NCBI GenBank assembly: GCA_965153455.1
Contig: OZ234494.1
Span: forward strand, 11,904,001 to 11,968,000
Source of the DNA: Sphagnum compactum
Taxonomy: Eukaryota
DNA length: 64,000 nucleotides
Direction: 5' to 3'
Translations under genes and position numbers: made by a program
The notes under the pieces: generated by a model
Seen by the model: only the letters and a program-made list of their open reading frames with translations
What the model was told of the DNA's origin: nothing
Database searches by the model: none
In this document: positions 47,960 through 60,004 of the stretch, piece after piece
How the letters are laid out: each line of letters begins with the position of its first letter
Position numbering within the stretch: position 1 is the stretch's first letter

Positions 47960-50618
47960 ATGCCTATTTCGCAGCAGAGCTCGCAGCAGGATCCGAAGCA
48001 ACAAGCATGGGTAGAGCTACAGACCTATGACGATAATACGGAGCTTCTTCACTCTTCCACCTCTCGCTGGCGCCAGGATGGAACTAGTGAGCTCCAACAT
48101 CATGGCTCCATCCAACCGGCATCTTCACAAACCGCAAATCTGACATCAGCTGGTAAGCTAGCTACATACTTGAGCTTCAGATTCTAACGAGACTCCCAAG
48201 CTGTTGCACCACTGCAGCCATGCCCTCTCTCGGTTGCAGCTTTAGATCACTGCAGAATGCGCATGTCAGTAGTAGGTCAGATCCTCCATCTCCACCATCT
48301 CCTGGATCTCCTCCAGCAAGATATTGTAAGGAGTATGTACTATGGAACGGTCAAGTCCCTGCCCATTATGTTGGGTAAGGCACCTGGCAAGTCCATAAGG
48401 GCTGCGAGCTAGGCAAACTCACTGCCCAACATAATTGGCAAGGTTGAGGCCATTCCATGACATTGGGGCAGTGGCAGAATCAACAATTTTGAGAAAAAAA
48501 TCATGTTCAACAAACAGTTTTTTGGTCACTATTATGACCGTATGATGGTTGTGGGAAGATTGTGTGATAGAATATGGTCAAGGAAATGACATAGTCTGCC
48601 ACCCCTTGAGACCTTAATGTTCACATTGTCAGTGTGTCCTGCAGTAATTTCAGCTTGCTTTTGCATGGAATTTGAGTGTTGAGTATTGGGTCTCTGAGCC
48701 AGCAAGTAAACATCTAGTGTGCGCTGGTGCTTTGATTGCAACTGACTTCTAGTGCAACAGGTAATATAGTGAAAAGAGAGGATTGTTTCTCACAACTGTA
48801 TTGATATATAGCGAAGTCCATATTGCAGAAAGCATGTCACGCACTACTCTGATTCTGAATCGATGTTTGCAGTACTGTAATATGATAAAATGCAGTTGGT
48901 TCATGTACTAAGCTGTGTGACAATTCTTAACTCCAGACAATGGGGAAGAACCAGTTGATGTTTTCTTGCATCATCTTCATCTTCTCCAACTCAAAAATGA
49001 GCACCAAGAGTGTCCTCTGGTGGAAGTAAGCAATGAGTTTTGTGAACTGGAGATTTGTGCTTGAAGCGAAAGATGAAGCCTTTTGCTTCATCCAGTAACC
49101 AGTTCCATTTCTTTGTGAGTGAATCTGCTGGTTCTGGATGAGGATAATTGCATAGCCTGCTTTCTGACAGATGCAGTAATCTGACAAAGGAATCTCATGG
49201 CAGCAGGTGTCTCTTTGATTGAAATTTCTGAAAATATGCACAAAGTGCCAGTTGATGAGCTTCCTCTGCTCCCTCAAAGCCCTCATTTAACAGGCACAGA
49301 TGATGAAGCGAGACTGGTTAAACAGGAGAGGCTTGAACAGCTGCTGGATACTGCAGGCGCCAGTGTTGGAAGTTCAGTGTTCAATCTGGCAACCACTGTC
49401 ATTGGGGCAGGGATTATGGCACTTCCGGCCACCATGCGCGTTTTGGGTGTGCCGATCGGCCTCCTCACCATGCTGCTTATGGGTGTTCTTTCAGAGATCA
49501 GCATTGAAATGATTGTCCACTTCTTAGATCTTATGGAGGTTCAGACATTTGGAGATATGGTAGGGAAGGCATGTGGCTGGCCAGGCCGTGTGGCTGCACA
49601 GATTTGCATCATAGTGAACAACGCAGGCATTCTCATTGTGTATCTGATTATTCTGGGCGATGTTCTTGCGGGGTCCCTGAATCACAGTGGTTTGTTTGAG
49701 GACTGGGTTGGTGCCAGTGGGTGGTGGACCAATCGCAAACTTATTGTGGTGCTGCTGATGGTGTTTGTGCTTGCTCCCCTGTCAGCATTGAAGCGAATTG
49801 ACTCCCTCAAATTCTCATCGGCAGTGGCTGTTGCATTAGCCTTAGTCTTTGTCATCCTAGCATCTGCCATTGCTGTTGTGAAGCTGGTGGAGGGAACACT
49901 GGAGGTGCCACGGATGCTTCCATCCTTTGGATCCAAAAGAGCAATTCTGGAGCTCTTCACTGTGATACCCATCATGTCGAATGCCTTTGTGTGTCAATTC
50001 AATGTCCCACCTATATATACTGAACTGCAGCACCGCTCACCGGCCAAAATGTTCAAAGTGGGGAGAATCAGCACATCTGTGTGTGTGCTGGTGTATATGG
50101 CCACTGCCCTCTCTGGCTATCTTCTTTTCGGAGACCTCACAGCCTCTGATGTCCTTGCTAACTTTGACAAAGACCTGGGCATTCGATTTAGCCATGTCTT
50201 GAATGATGTGATCCGGATTGTCTATGCTGTTCACCTAATGCTTGTCTTTCCAGTAATTCACTATTCATTGAGGCAGACAATTGATGGTGTGTTTTTTCCT
50301 CGGGCACTTGCACTGGCCGAGAGCAACTTAAGATTCGCAATACTTACATCTCTGCTCTTGACATTGGTTTTCATAGGATCAACTGTGGTACCCAACATAT
50401 GGATTGCGTTTCAATTCACAGGTGCTACAGCAGGACTCTCACTTGGTTTCATGTTCCCAGCATTGGTTGTGCTGAGGAGGTCTACTTCAAAATGGAGTAC
50501 CAAAACCAGTCACGAGAACCATGCACTTGCTTGGGGCATGCTTATCATGGCAATTGTGATCAGTGTCATTGGCATAGCAACACAAATCTACAATCTCACA
50601 ACTGGTGAAGACTCTTGA
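47960..50618 (+). CDS. AAAP/AVT6-like (Aa_trans) amino-acid transporter; main exon 49207-50618 plus probable exon 47960-48152
   Basis: GASVGSSVFNLATTVIGAGIMALPATM, LKRIDSLKFSSA, GYLLFG..DVLANFD, FQFTGATA. The exon-1 phase-1 donor G|GTAAG joins in frame to CAG|GT at 49207. A 5' UTR intron probably spans 47781-47957. The alternative start is ATG 49197. Confidence 0.92.
48342..48458. other. Intronic imperfect hairpin (~117 bp)
   Basis: ATGGAACGGTCAAGTCCCTGCCCATTATGTTGGG pairs with CCCAACATAATTGGCAAGGTTGAGGCCATTCCAT. Confidence 0.7.
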
Positions 50619-52053
50619 CACTTAGTTCAGAAATGATTCTTTGAGTGAATTTTCATTATGCCTCCCCTTCCTGGGGACCCCAATTCTTTTTTCTCATGTC
50701 CTTAAAAATGGCCAGAGTTGCACTGGCTGCAGGACACAAGAAAGCATATGTAAGAGTGAATCAAGTAGATTGAGTGAGTGTGAAAGGCAGGAGACTTACT
50801 GGTGACAAATGAGAAAAATCTGCTGTTTGTCACATGCTCTGCATGATGAGTGAGACATTGCTGCTGTCTTTGATGAAATTGCTTATGTCGAGAGTGCTCT
50901 CTGATGCCCTTGTTGTGCTGGTCTTGGACAACAAAACCCATCTGGCACCTCAAGAATTATGTCTGTCTGTGATCCTCCACACCCTCCCTTGGAATCAGCA
51001 GAATTAAGAAAAACTTTTAGATCTATTGCGAGGAGGCAAAATTCTCAACTCTTGGGAATCTACATGTACTAGTCAGAAAGACTGGCAGCCATATTTTCCT
51101 CATGTAAGGAATAATCTCTGCAAGGTGTTGCTGCATAAGATATCTTTTGCCATGATTTTGTAGCCTCCTCTGCTAATGCTCTCTGTAATCTGTAACAAGC
51201 TATGAAACTAAACAGTTATGCAAAGATGGTGGATCAAGCTTTGGAGTTGCATGCAAAGAACCTATCATCAGAACTGTTTGCATGCAACTTCAAGAATGTA
51301 CATTGTAAAATCTGGACTATGCTGCTTGATGAAGCAGCATAAACTACTTAGCTTCTACAATGATGATGATGATCTGCATCTGGCTGCAAGAGCTGAATCA
51401 AGATTGTGAAATCTGTGCAACAGATGATGATTGTTCATATACAATTTTTGCTTGCCCACACATGAACCCTAAAACATCCATAACAACACCATCTTCAGGA
51501 GTATACACCAAGAATTCTGAATTTCCACAACTGAGAATGCAGAATTTCTACAATTGAGGTCTTCCGAGGCTTTAGGGTTATGTTGTGTGGCTCACCTGAA
51601 TGTTGAGATTGTTTCCAATAAAAAGACATCCCATCAAAGAAGAAGATGATGACTCTTTTCCATCGAAGAAGAAGAAGATGATGAGCTTGATGAGAGACCG
51701 TCCATACGGAGGAAATGTGGTCACATCTGCACCATGCATCATTCATTTGTAGCCCACTTTTCAGAGATTTAGAGAGACAAAAAACCACACCTTAAAAGTG
51801 TTGGGAAAATGCAACAAAAAGAAGAAAGAAGAACCAGCTGGAGAAAATGCGCAATTGGCGCTAGTGTCTAGTGGCATTTGTGGATAGAAAATCTGGAAGA
51901 AAGAAATAGGTACGCGGCTCCTCCTCCTCACTACTGTCAGATTGTTGAATAGGTACTCTCTCTCTCTCTCTCGCAAAAGAACTCTTTGAAATATTCTTTG
52001 CTGCTGCAACAGAAGAAAGCAAGCATCCAACAAGCGATCGAGCGAGAGAGAGC

Positions 52054-53738
52054 ATGGCCACCGGCGCCATAGCTACCTTGAAGCCACTGGTAGGAGCAAT
52101 TTCAGCACCTAAAACAACAACAACAACTGCAGCAGCAGCAAGAACAACAACAATAAGAGGCAAGTGCCATTCATCGCTCCTTCTGGCTCCAAGCTATGGC
52201 AAGCTGCCATCCTCGGGCAGCAAGTGTTGTTGTGGCCAGAATTTGCGTCTGAGGAGATCGAGGACATCGGAGGAGAGGTTGCGGCAAGTGCAGTGCAATG
52301 CTGGAGAAGTATCCGTATCCGAAGCCTCCTCCACGGAAGAGACCTCCGCAGCAGCAGTCGAAGATGATGACGCCGGGAACTGGTTGCCTGTCATCCCTAT
52401 GGAGGCGTTGCCGAAGGGAGAGCGGCGCCTTGTGAGGCAGGACGGAGCCACTGTCCTGTTGTTGTGGTACAAGAACGATGTCTACGCCATTGAGAACACA
52501 TCGCCTGCGGAAGGCGCTTACAGCGAGGGTTTGGTGAATGCGCGTCTCACACCGGTAGTTCTCCTATTCATACTCCTCCTCCCTTTGCTTCCCCTCCTCC
52601 ACGCTCGATTTGCAAGCAAGCCAAGCATCCAGCTCTGATGATGACTTCAGAGTTGTTCATTCAGCATTCAGGTAAAGAGAATTGATGACTGACTGGCTCC
52701 TCTATTGTTGTTTTAGGATGGTGCGATTGTTTGTCCCTCCACGGATACGACGTTCGATTTGAACACAGGGAAGGTGAAAGAATGGATGCCGAACAATCCA
52801 GTTCTGCGGTTCCTTACACCGCCCCTGAGAGATCTTCTGACCTATCCTGTGAAGATGGATTCGGAGTACATCTACATCAATGTCCAAGGCATCAAATCTG
52901 GCAACTCTGCAGAAATTGTGTTCGGTGGTGCTACTCAAGCTGGCAAGACAGCCAGTGATGTCAGTGTTGATGAGGTACTACTGAAACATTTGGGTTTTCT
53001 GCCATTTTCTTTCCTTCTTAAAAATCTGATCTCTTATACGCTTTGCTTGCTCCTTCGCTGCACCCCAACAGAGTGGAATTGCTTGCTCTGCAAAAAACTT
53101 GTGCAAAACCCTATTCTGCTTTACTATCCAAACCATTTCCACTGCAGATGGAATGGAATGCATCTGTAAATTTTGCAATCTCTCTGCAGGAAGTAGTAGA
53201 TCTCTTTGTCTTTCAAACAAAATTTTCCCAACTTCTCCAAGCCATGTAGTAGAGTCTCTGAGCATATATCAGATTCTTCCTCTTGAGTCACTATTATGGA
53301 TCTTCTGACAGAAGAGATTACCTGCAGCAGGAAGAGCATGAAGGCTAATTTGCGATTTGTGAAATGCTTTCAAATGAATCTCTCAAGAGGCGGTCATCAG
53401 GTTATATTATGAAAGCAAGTCCTGGATACCCCAACTGTTGCTGGGCTGTTGTTAAGCTTCTATGATGGAGGATCTGTTGTGAATCACCTAGCTAATAATG
53501 CATATAAAACCTTCTCTTGTGTGTGTGTGTGTGAGAATTTCAGGTACGGATGGTAGTTGATGAGAATGAGCAGGGTTTTGGATTCACTCCAAAGAATGAG
53601 CTTATCAATGGCAGAGCAGCAATGATCGGCTTTTTGATGATTGTAGTCCAAGAGTTGGTGAGTGGCAAAGGTTTCTTGAAAGGAATTGGGTTCTTAGACT
53701 TCTTGTACCAGTATGTCTTCCCAGGATACTCTCCTTAG
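52054..53738 (+). CDS. PSB33: PSB33/LIL8 (TEF5): thylakoid Rieske-like domain plus LHC-like helix
   Basis: Exons 52054-52554, 52717-52974 and 53544-53738 join in frame. Transit peptide; Rieske-like fold lacking the Fe-S His ligands (AIENTSPAEGAYSEGL, IVCPSTDTTFDL); C-terminal FGFTPKNELINGRAAMIGF..ELVSGKGFLKG. Confidence 0.93.
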
Positions 53739-54639
53739 GATATAGCTACCCAGCAATTTGCGAGGTGTCTTATTACCTCTAATTGGAGTTTTAGCACAGC
53801 TTTGTACATTACCTGTTTCCCTGGACAACAAGCACAACAGATCAGCCGAAAGTGCTTTTCATCATCAGATCAATAAGAGATAATTTGTTGTGCCTTTTTT
53901 TCTGGTCTAGAAATTTGCATGAATGATCTGCATTGTGTTTGTTGAATGATGCAAGTCTGTTCTTTGGAACTGCTTGACTGATGATCCATCGAGTCTACTG
54001 TGTTGCTTTGTTAGTCCTACAGATCACTAAGGGAGTCCAGTTTCTGAGAAGAGCAGCCTCTCTCCCTGTCAATGCTTTTTGAAGCTTGAGTTTCATAAAC
54101 AATTGTCATGTTTGTGAAGGATGCCACAGATTGTTCACCTCCAGAAACTGGGAGTGAAGTCTTCCTTATGATTTTGCTGTATCTATGGGTAGTCAGTCAC
54201 AATGGTGCTTGAATGAAAGAGTGACACCAATTGCAGGCAGTGGTACCTATTCTTGAAGTCTTTTAGCTTTTAACTTCTTCTTCTTCCATAGCCGACCTGT
54301 GGTGAAGTGCAGCAAGCAAGCTCCCCCTTGAGTTCAACCACATCAAATTGCAAGCTTGACCCTTTTCTCTCAAAAGCAAGCTTCTCCCAGTTCTGCACTC
54401 TGATGAAGCATTTGTAGAGCAATTTGACAGCAGGCGCTCACCTATGACCCAGGCATTGTAACAACCCACCAAATTTCTTTTAAGTGTATTTGGATGGCAT
54501 GTTCTACACTGAAATTTGACTTCTGAGAGATCAAAGCGCATTCTGTTTTACTGAGGTATCTCCGGATGTTTCAGTGGGAGTCTTTTGGTTCTGAGGTATC
54601 TTCCATTCTTTTAGCACATTTTGACAGGTCTTTACTTGG

Positions 54640-54888
54640 GGGTAAGGCCCTTGGTCAAGGGCATTACTAGAAGCGGGTCTGCGCTTGGCTACTGACTTGT
54701 GACCAAGGGCCTTACCAGAAGCGGGTCTGCGCTTGGCTACTGACTTGTGACCAAGGGCCTTACCAGAAGCGGGTCTGCGCTTGGCTACTGACTTGTGACC
54801 AAGGGCCTTTACCAGAGGGGGTCTGTGCTTGGCTACTGCCTTGTGTGGTCCCTTCTTCTGGTAATGCCCTCCACCTCAGGCCTTACCC
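54640..54888. repeat. Four 48 bp tandem units inside short terminal inverted repeats
   Basis: Unit GACCAAGGGCCTTACCAGAAGCGGGTCTGCGCTTGGCTACTGACTTGT at ~54653, 54701, 54749 and 54797. Ends GGGTAAGGCC and GGCCTTACCC. Confidence 0.9.
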
Positions 54889-57800
54889 TACACTTAATCA
54901 TCTCCCCACTTTGAAGCTCACTGCATTCTGGAACTGGACAGGTGGAGATGCGGGATGAAAGGAGGACCAGTGATATAGGTATCAATGTAGGGCCTAGCTT
55001 TCCTACTGAGGGCCCTTGTCTTTTTAGGACCTATTGAATGGCCTAGATTTTTATTTTTTTTGTAGGACCTATGTTTGCTATAGTACCTAGTAAGTATACA
55101 CAATTTTAAACTGGGTTCCTTATTTTGTCGAAATGCTGACTTGAATTTGGGCTTGGCATTTAGGCAAAACAACACTTTATTCTTTTTGGCGCACCGACAA
55201 TTTACACACCCTTTTTTCTGAAATAAATAATACTCATTTATTCCACATCATGATGCTCTTATTGACTTTCGTGCACCTCCTTACCAACAGAAAATAACTC
55301 AAAAAATTATTTCATTTTTTCCTACGTAATTAATTCCTTTTTCAATTGCACAATGTCAAATACTGAATTTAAATTAATATACATTTCATGGACATGAAAA
55401 GATGCATGTTAATTTGATTTTTCATATCCATGTTGGTGAATAGGGGAAAAGACTGAAGTAGTTATAAAATGGATGTTAATTCTTAAGAAAGGTGGGAGAT
55501 AGTTATTTAAAAAGTTAATGAAAAAAAGGAAGTAATTATTTTTAAAAATGCAATAATTAGGTTCGAAACAATGAGATTATTATTTTTGAAATTGTCTTTG
55601 GAATGGTCTATGGACGACCATTTGAAGGATTCCCAAAAAATTCCCCATATACTAGTTTTGATTACTCGTTGCTGAAATTTGGCAATTGAGAAAGTATGAA
55701 ATAATTTTAAAAACATATCCTTATATATTTTTGCTACGTACTTGAATCATACATAGAAATCATCCTCTTCCTGTGTGTGTTGCACCTTTAAGGATACCCC
55801 TAGCACCTTGGCAACTTCAACACTAATTATTATTTGTAGAAATGTGTTGGATGCTTTTTAAGAAATGTTTTTCTTTGAAAAAAAAAATGGTGAAAGAAAA
55901 TAAAGATTTTTTAAAAAAAATTCTTGATTATTCTATATATTTTGACTTAGAATCTTCAAATTTATTTAATTATTCAACAAACATGTGTTGAAGCTACCTT
56001 TGTACTACAATATCAGATAGAGTATCGATAAACACATAAATACAAATATTAAGCCAATATGAGTATACCATACTACATTGACCACTTCAACATATATTTG
56101 TCGAATAATTATTTAATTGTGAGGATTCCATTTCGACAGATGATATATTTCTAAATATTTCATCAGATTCTTTTATTTTCCTTTAGAAAAAAAATTATTT
56201 TTGAAAAAATTATATTATTAGTGTCAAACTGGCCCAGGTACTACTAAGGTGACATTAAGTGACATGAAGTTGGGCTCGTATGGGATGTTACCTTCTTACA
56301 CACAAGACCTTGTTGCTTAGATGTTTTTTCAAGTCTTTTTTTTCAAAAAAAAAAAATTGATGTGCATGTCACGCTATACACATGGGTAAGTCACTCTTAT
56401 TATTCTTTTGAAACAACTAAGATAAAAGGGCATTTTTCGGGGTACGCTATGACATAATAAAATATTTTTAAAATATTTAATTAAAATTTAACATATTTTA
56501 GATCTATTTTCATAATGAAGCACCTTACTTATATTAAATACATTATTTAAATCTACTTTCTAATGAATTGGTTGTATATTAGATTCTTTTGCACACTATT
56601 TTTAAAAACAATGGAATATACAAAAGAAAAAAATGTGACGATGCTTTGCGTCCTTTTAAAGACATTCATTTAAAGCACAATATCAACATTATTTTGGTGG
56701 TTGATGGTAAGCAACATATATTCTTTCGACATTATAATGTGTATAATTTTTATAATTTTGGCTACATATAACAATTCAATCAATTTGAATTAGTTTTCAT
56801 CCATCATGGCCACATTTCATCAATGTTCATCAATTTGAGTCAAGTCATTTTTCTTTTCTTTCTTTTCTTGTTTTTTTTTTTTTTTCCCTCACCAACTTGC
56901 CATGCTAATACAAAATTATTTACATGTCATTTTAACTTACGTGCACAAGACTAATATACACCTTTGGAGTTAGAATTCACTTTTTTAATGGCAAGTTTTA
57001 TATTTTATATTTTATATTTATCAACTTGACATGCTATTATAAGAACTATTAGTGCACACAATTTGGTGGTTTAAGTACTTATCTATTCAAGTTTTTAAAT
57101 TAATCTAAACTAGGGGTTTTTTTTTTTTTCTCTCACTCTCTCTCTCTCCCCTCCCCCCCCCCCCCCAAACAAATTGTGTGATATAAAAAAATTGGCAAAA
57201 ATTTCTGAAAATTTTAGAAAAATTAGTCAAATTTAAGCTAGAAGAAGGGGGGGGGGGGGGAGAGAATCCAATAATTTCCCAATTTTTTGGTTGAAAAAGT
57301 GACAAAATGTGTGGGAAAAAAAACAATACTGATGCACACATCATGTGCCATACCCATTCTAGAATCGCTCTTTCTGTCTCTCTCGTGCATACCATACCAT
57401 ACCATACCATACCATAACCATTTTGGAACGAGTCGCCGACAGACGATTCTTCCATAATCTGATCTGATGCGACCAGACACAAAAGAATGCTACAAATGAG
57501 CACTGATTACAAAGAATAATCTGCAAGTTGCCGGGGTATTTTCTGCTCTTGTCTGTATGCAATTAAACCGCAGAATTGACCCCTCAAGCTCATAACGTCA
57601 ACTGCATAGCCGCCCTGTCCCTCCCCTTCCCATGGTACTACTGTAGGAATTTTCCCCAAGTGCTTTTTTCCAGGAATTTTTGTTTGTAGCCAAAATGATA
57701 GTCATCAATAGGAAAGGCGATGATCATCCCATGGAAGATTTAGCCAAATCTGGCTATATGCCAAATATGAAAGAAAAAAAAAATTTTAATCACTCTTCTA

Positions 57801-57945
57801 TAATTTGCCAACAGACTGAAAAAAAAAACAAACAAACAAAACAAGTATAAAAGAAATCTGGCGATTTTTTTTACTTCTGGCGATTGAAAAACTCCTAAAT
57901 CACTGAATTTTCGATTTTTGGCGACATTTCACCGTCTCTCTCCCT

Positions 57946-57949
<4 letters not shown>

Positions 57950-57985
<36 letters not shown>
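57950..57985. repeat. (CT)n microsatellite upstream of the syntaxin (second tract 58405-58435)
   Basis: Direct dinucleotide runs. Confidence 0.95.
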
Positions 57986-57986
<1 letters not shown>

Positions 57987-58397
57987 AGTGCATTTCTGGG
58001 ATGCCGTGTTTGCAGCGTTTCCTCTCATCAACGCGGCCATCGCTTCTGCTGCGCCGCTGTTGATGCACGTGCTCTTGTCCTTCCTTCGTTGATTGTTTAT
58101 TCCCTTCTTAATTACTATATGTTCTCTAGCGTGCAGACAGAAAGAAAAAGAGAAGGAGAGAGAGAGAGCGACACACAGAGCTCTGAATTGCACGTTATTG
58201 AGAGACTAATGCAGGTTTTTTGGTGAGGAAATTCTTTTCATTGTGCTTTGTTTAGACTTTCTCACATGTATCGGTTTTCTCTTCACTGAAATCGTTCTGC
58301 AGTTGCTGTTGTGTTGTCAATTTTGTGACGCAGACTCAATCCTGTTTCGTTTTGTGCTTGTTTTTTTTTTTTTTTTGTAGCTAGAGAAATTGGCAAC

Positions 58398-58437
<40 letters not shown>

Positions 58438-58549
58438 TTCTGTCTGCAGTTTCGTTGAAGATTTTTTTGTTTCCTTTTTTCTTCGTTTGTGGAGTGGACT
58501 ATCTATCATATGCCTTGCTTGAGGGAAAAAAACCTGCAGTTGGTTCATC

Positions 58550-60004
58550 ATGAATGATCTTCTTTCAAAGTCATTCGGGAAGAAGAGCAGCCGGAATTAC
58601 GTGGATCTGAAGCGGGATGCGTTCCGACGGGATGATGATAATGATGTGGAGACGCCGACGACAGGAGGCGAGAGAGAGATGGAAGTCCTGGGAGCTGGAG
58701 GAAGAGATACGACACAGTTCTTCCAGGAGGTCGGGGAGATTAAAGCCGAGATGGAGAGAATCAAAGAGTTTCTGACCAAGATACAAGGAATGAACGAGGA
58801 GAGCAAGATGCTGCACCAGGCGCAGGCGATGTCAGCTCTCAGAGATCGAATGGATGCTGATATTGCTCAAGTCACCAAGATTGCGAGGTCTCTCAAAGCA
58901 AAGCTTGAAAACCTGGACAGAGCAAACGCTGCCAATCGGCGCATGCCCGGCTGTGAGCCAGGCTCCACGACTGACCGCACCCGGACATCCATCACCAGCA
59001 CTCTGCGGAAGAAACTCAAGGATCTGATGGGAGACTTTCAGCTCCTGCGTCAAAGAATGATGGGTGACTACAGGCAAACTGTTGAGCGCAGGTCAGTCAG
59101 TGCAACTCCACAATTTCCCTTGCAATGGTTTCTTTCAGCAGGGGATAGCCTAGTAGTCTTTCTTTGCAACCTTAGAGCATAAGCCTCAGCAAACTGTGCA
59201 AAATTGCTCGGCCAAAACCATTCTGCTAAGCCAAGCTGGCACGTTTTGACTTTTCTTCCTCCAATTTAATTTCTAGCGTCACATACTGAGCACCCATGGA
59301 GTTGCTCTTACAGATGTCTGCAGGGGCTTGTAGTTGTACATATTCTTTAGGTCTGCTATGCTTTGCATGTTCTTGTAGCAGAGCTAACATGATTAGGGTG
59401 TGGACTGCCATGCAATGATGATCCCCACAACTCCACTGATCCATCAAATGAATTTCAAACCTGTCTGAAATGATATCATGGTGGCTTGACTTACAGTACA
59501 ATTGAGTACAATCTAGAGAAATATCTGTCCCTGAGAGTAGCTCTGAAAAGGGTTAAGCCTGTGTGATTTTATTCTAGGTTCTATACAATCACTGGACAAC
59601 ATCCAGATGAGGAGACCATTGAGAGCATCATCGAAACTGGAAAAAGTGAGTCCTTTTTACAGCAAGCCATCCAGTATCAGGGGCTGAGGCAGATTACAGA
59701 GACAGTCCAAGAAATCCAGGAGCGTCACAATGCGATGAAGGACATTGAGAAGAACCTGCTGGAGCTGCATCAGATCTTTATGGACATGGCAGTGCTGGTT
59801 GAAAGTCAGGGGGAGCAGTTGAATGATATCGAGCAACAAGTGAACAAGGCAGATTCATTTGTGCAGAGGGGTACTGGGGAATTGAGGATTGCTAAGCAGC
59901 ACCAAAGGAGCAAGCGCAAATGGATATGCATTGCTGTCTCCTTGACCATCATTCTGCTCCTGATTATCATCCTCCCCATTCTGCGTAGCACAGGTGCAAT
60001 CTGA
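58550..60004 (+). CDS. SYP1-family Qa-SNARE syntaxin, SYP12-like
   Basis: Exons 58550-59091 and 59578-60004 (VER-R|FYTITG). N-peptide MNDLLSKSF..YVDLK, GCEPGSTTDRTRTS, SNARE motif EIQERHNAMKDIEKNLLELHQIFMDMAVLVESQGEQLNDIE, and a C-terminal TM helix. Confidence 0.95.
59175..59307. mobile_element. Internally deleted Tourist-like MITE in the syntaxin intron
   Basis: TTA|GAGCAT ... GTCACATACTGAGCACCCATGGAGTTGCTC|TTA, with a TTA target-site duplication on both sides. Confidence 0.8.

Noticed and set aside
54653-54845. CRISPR-like array
   Set aside because: Contiguous 48 bp tandem units with no spacers.
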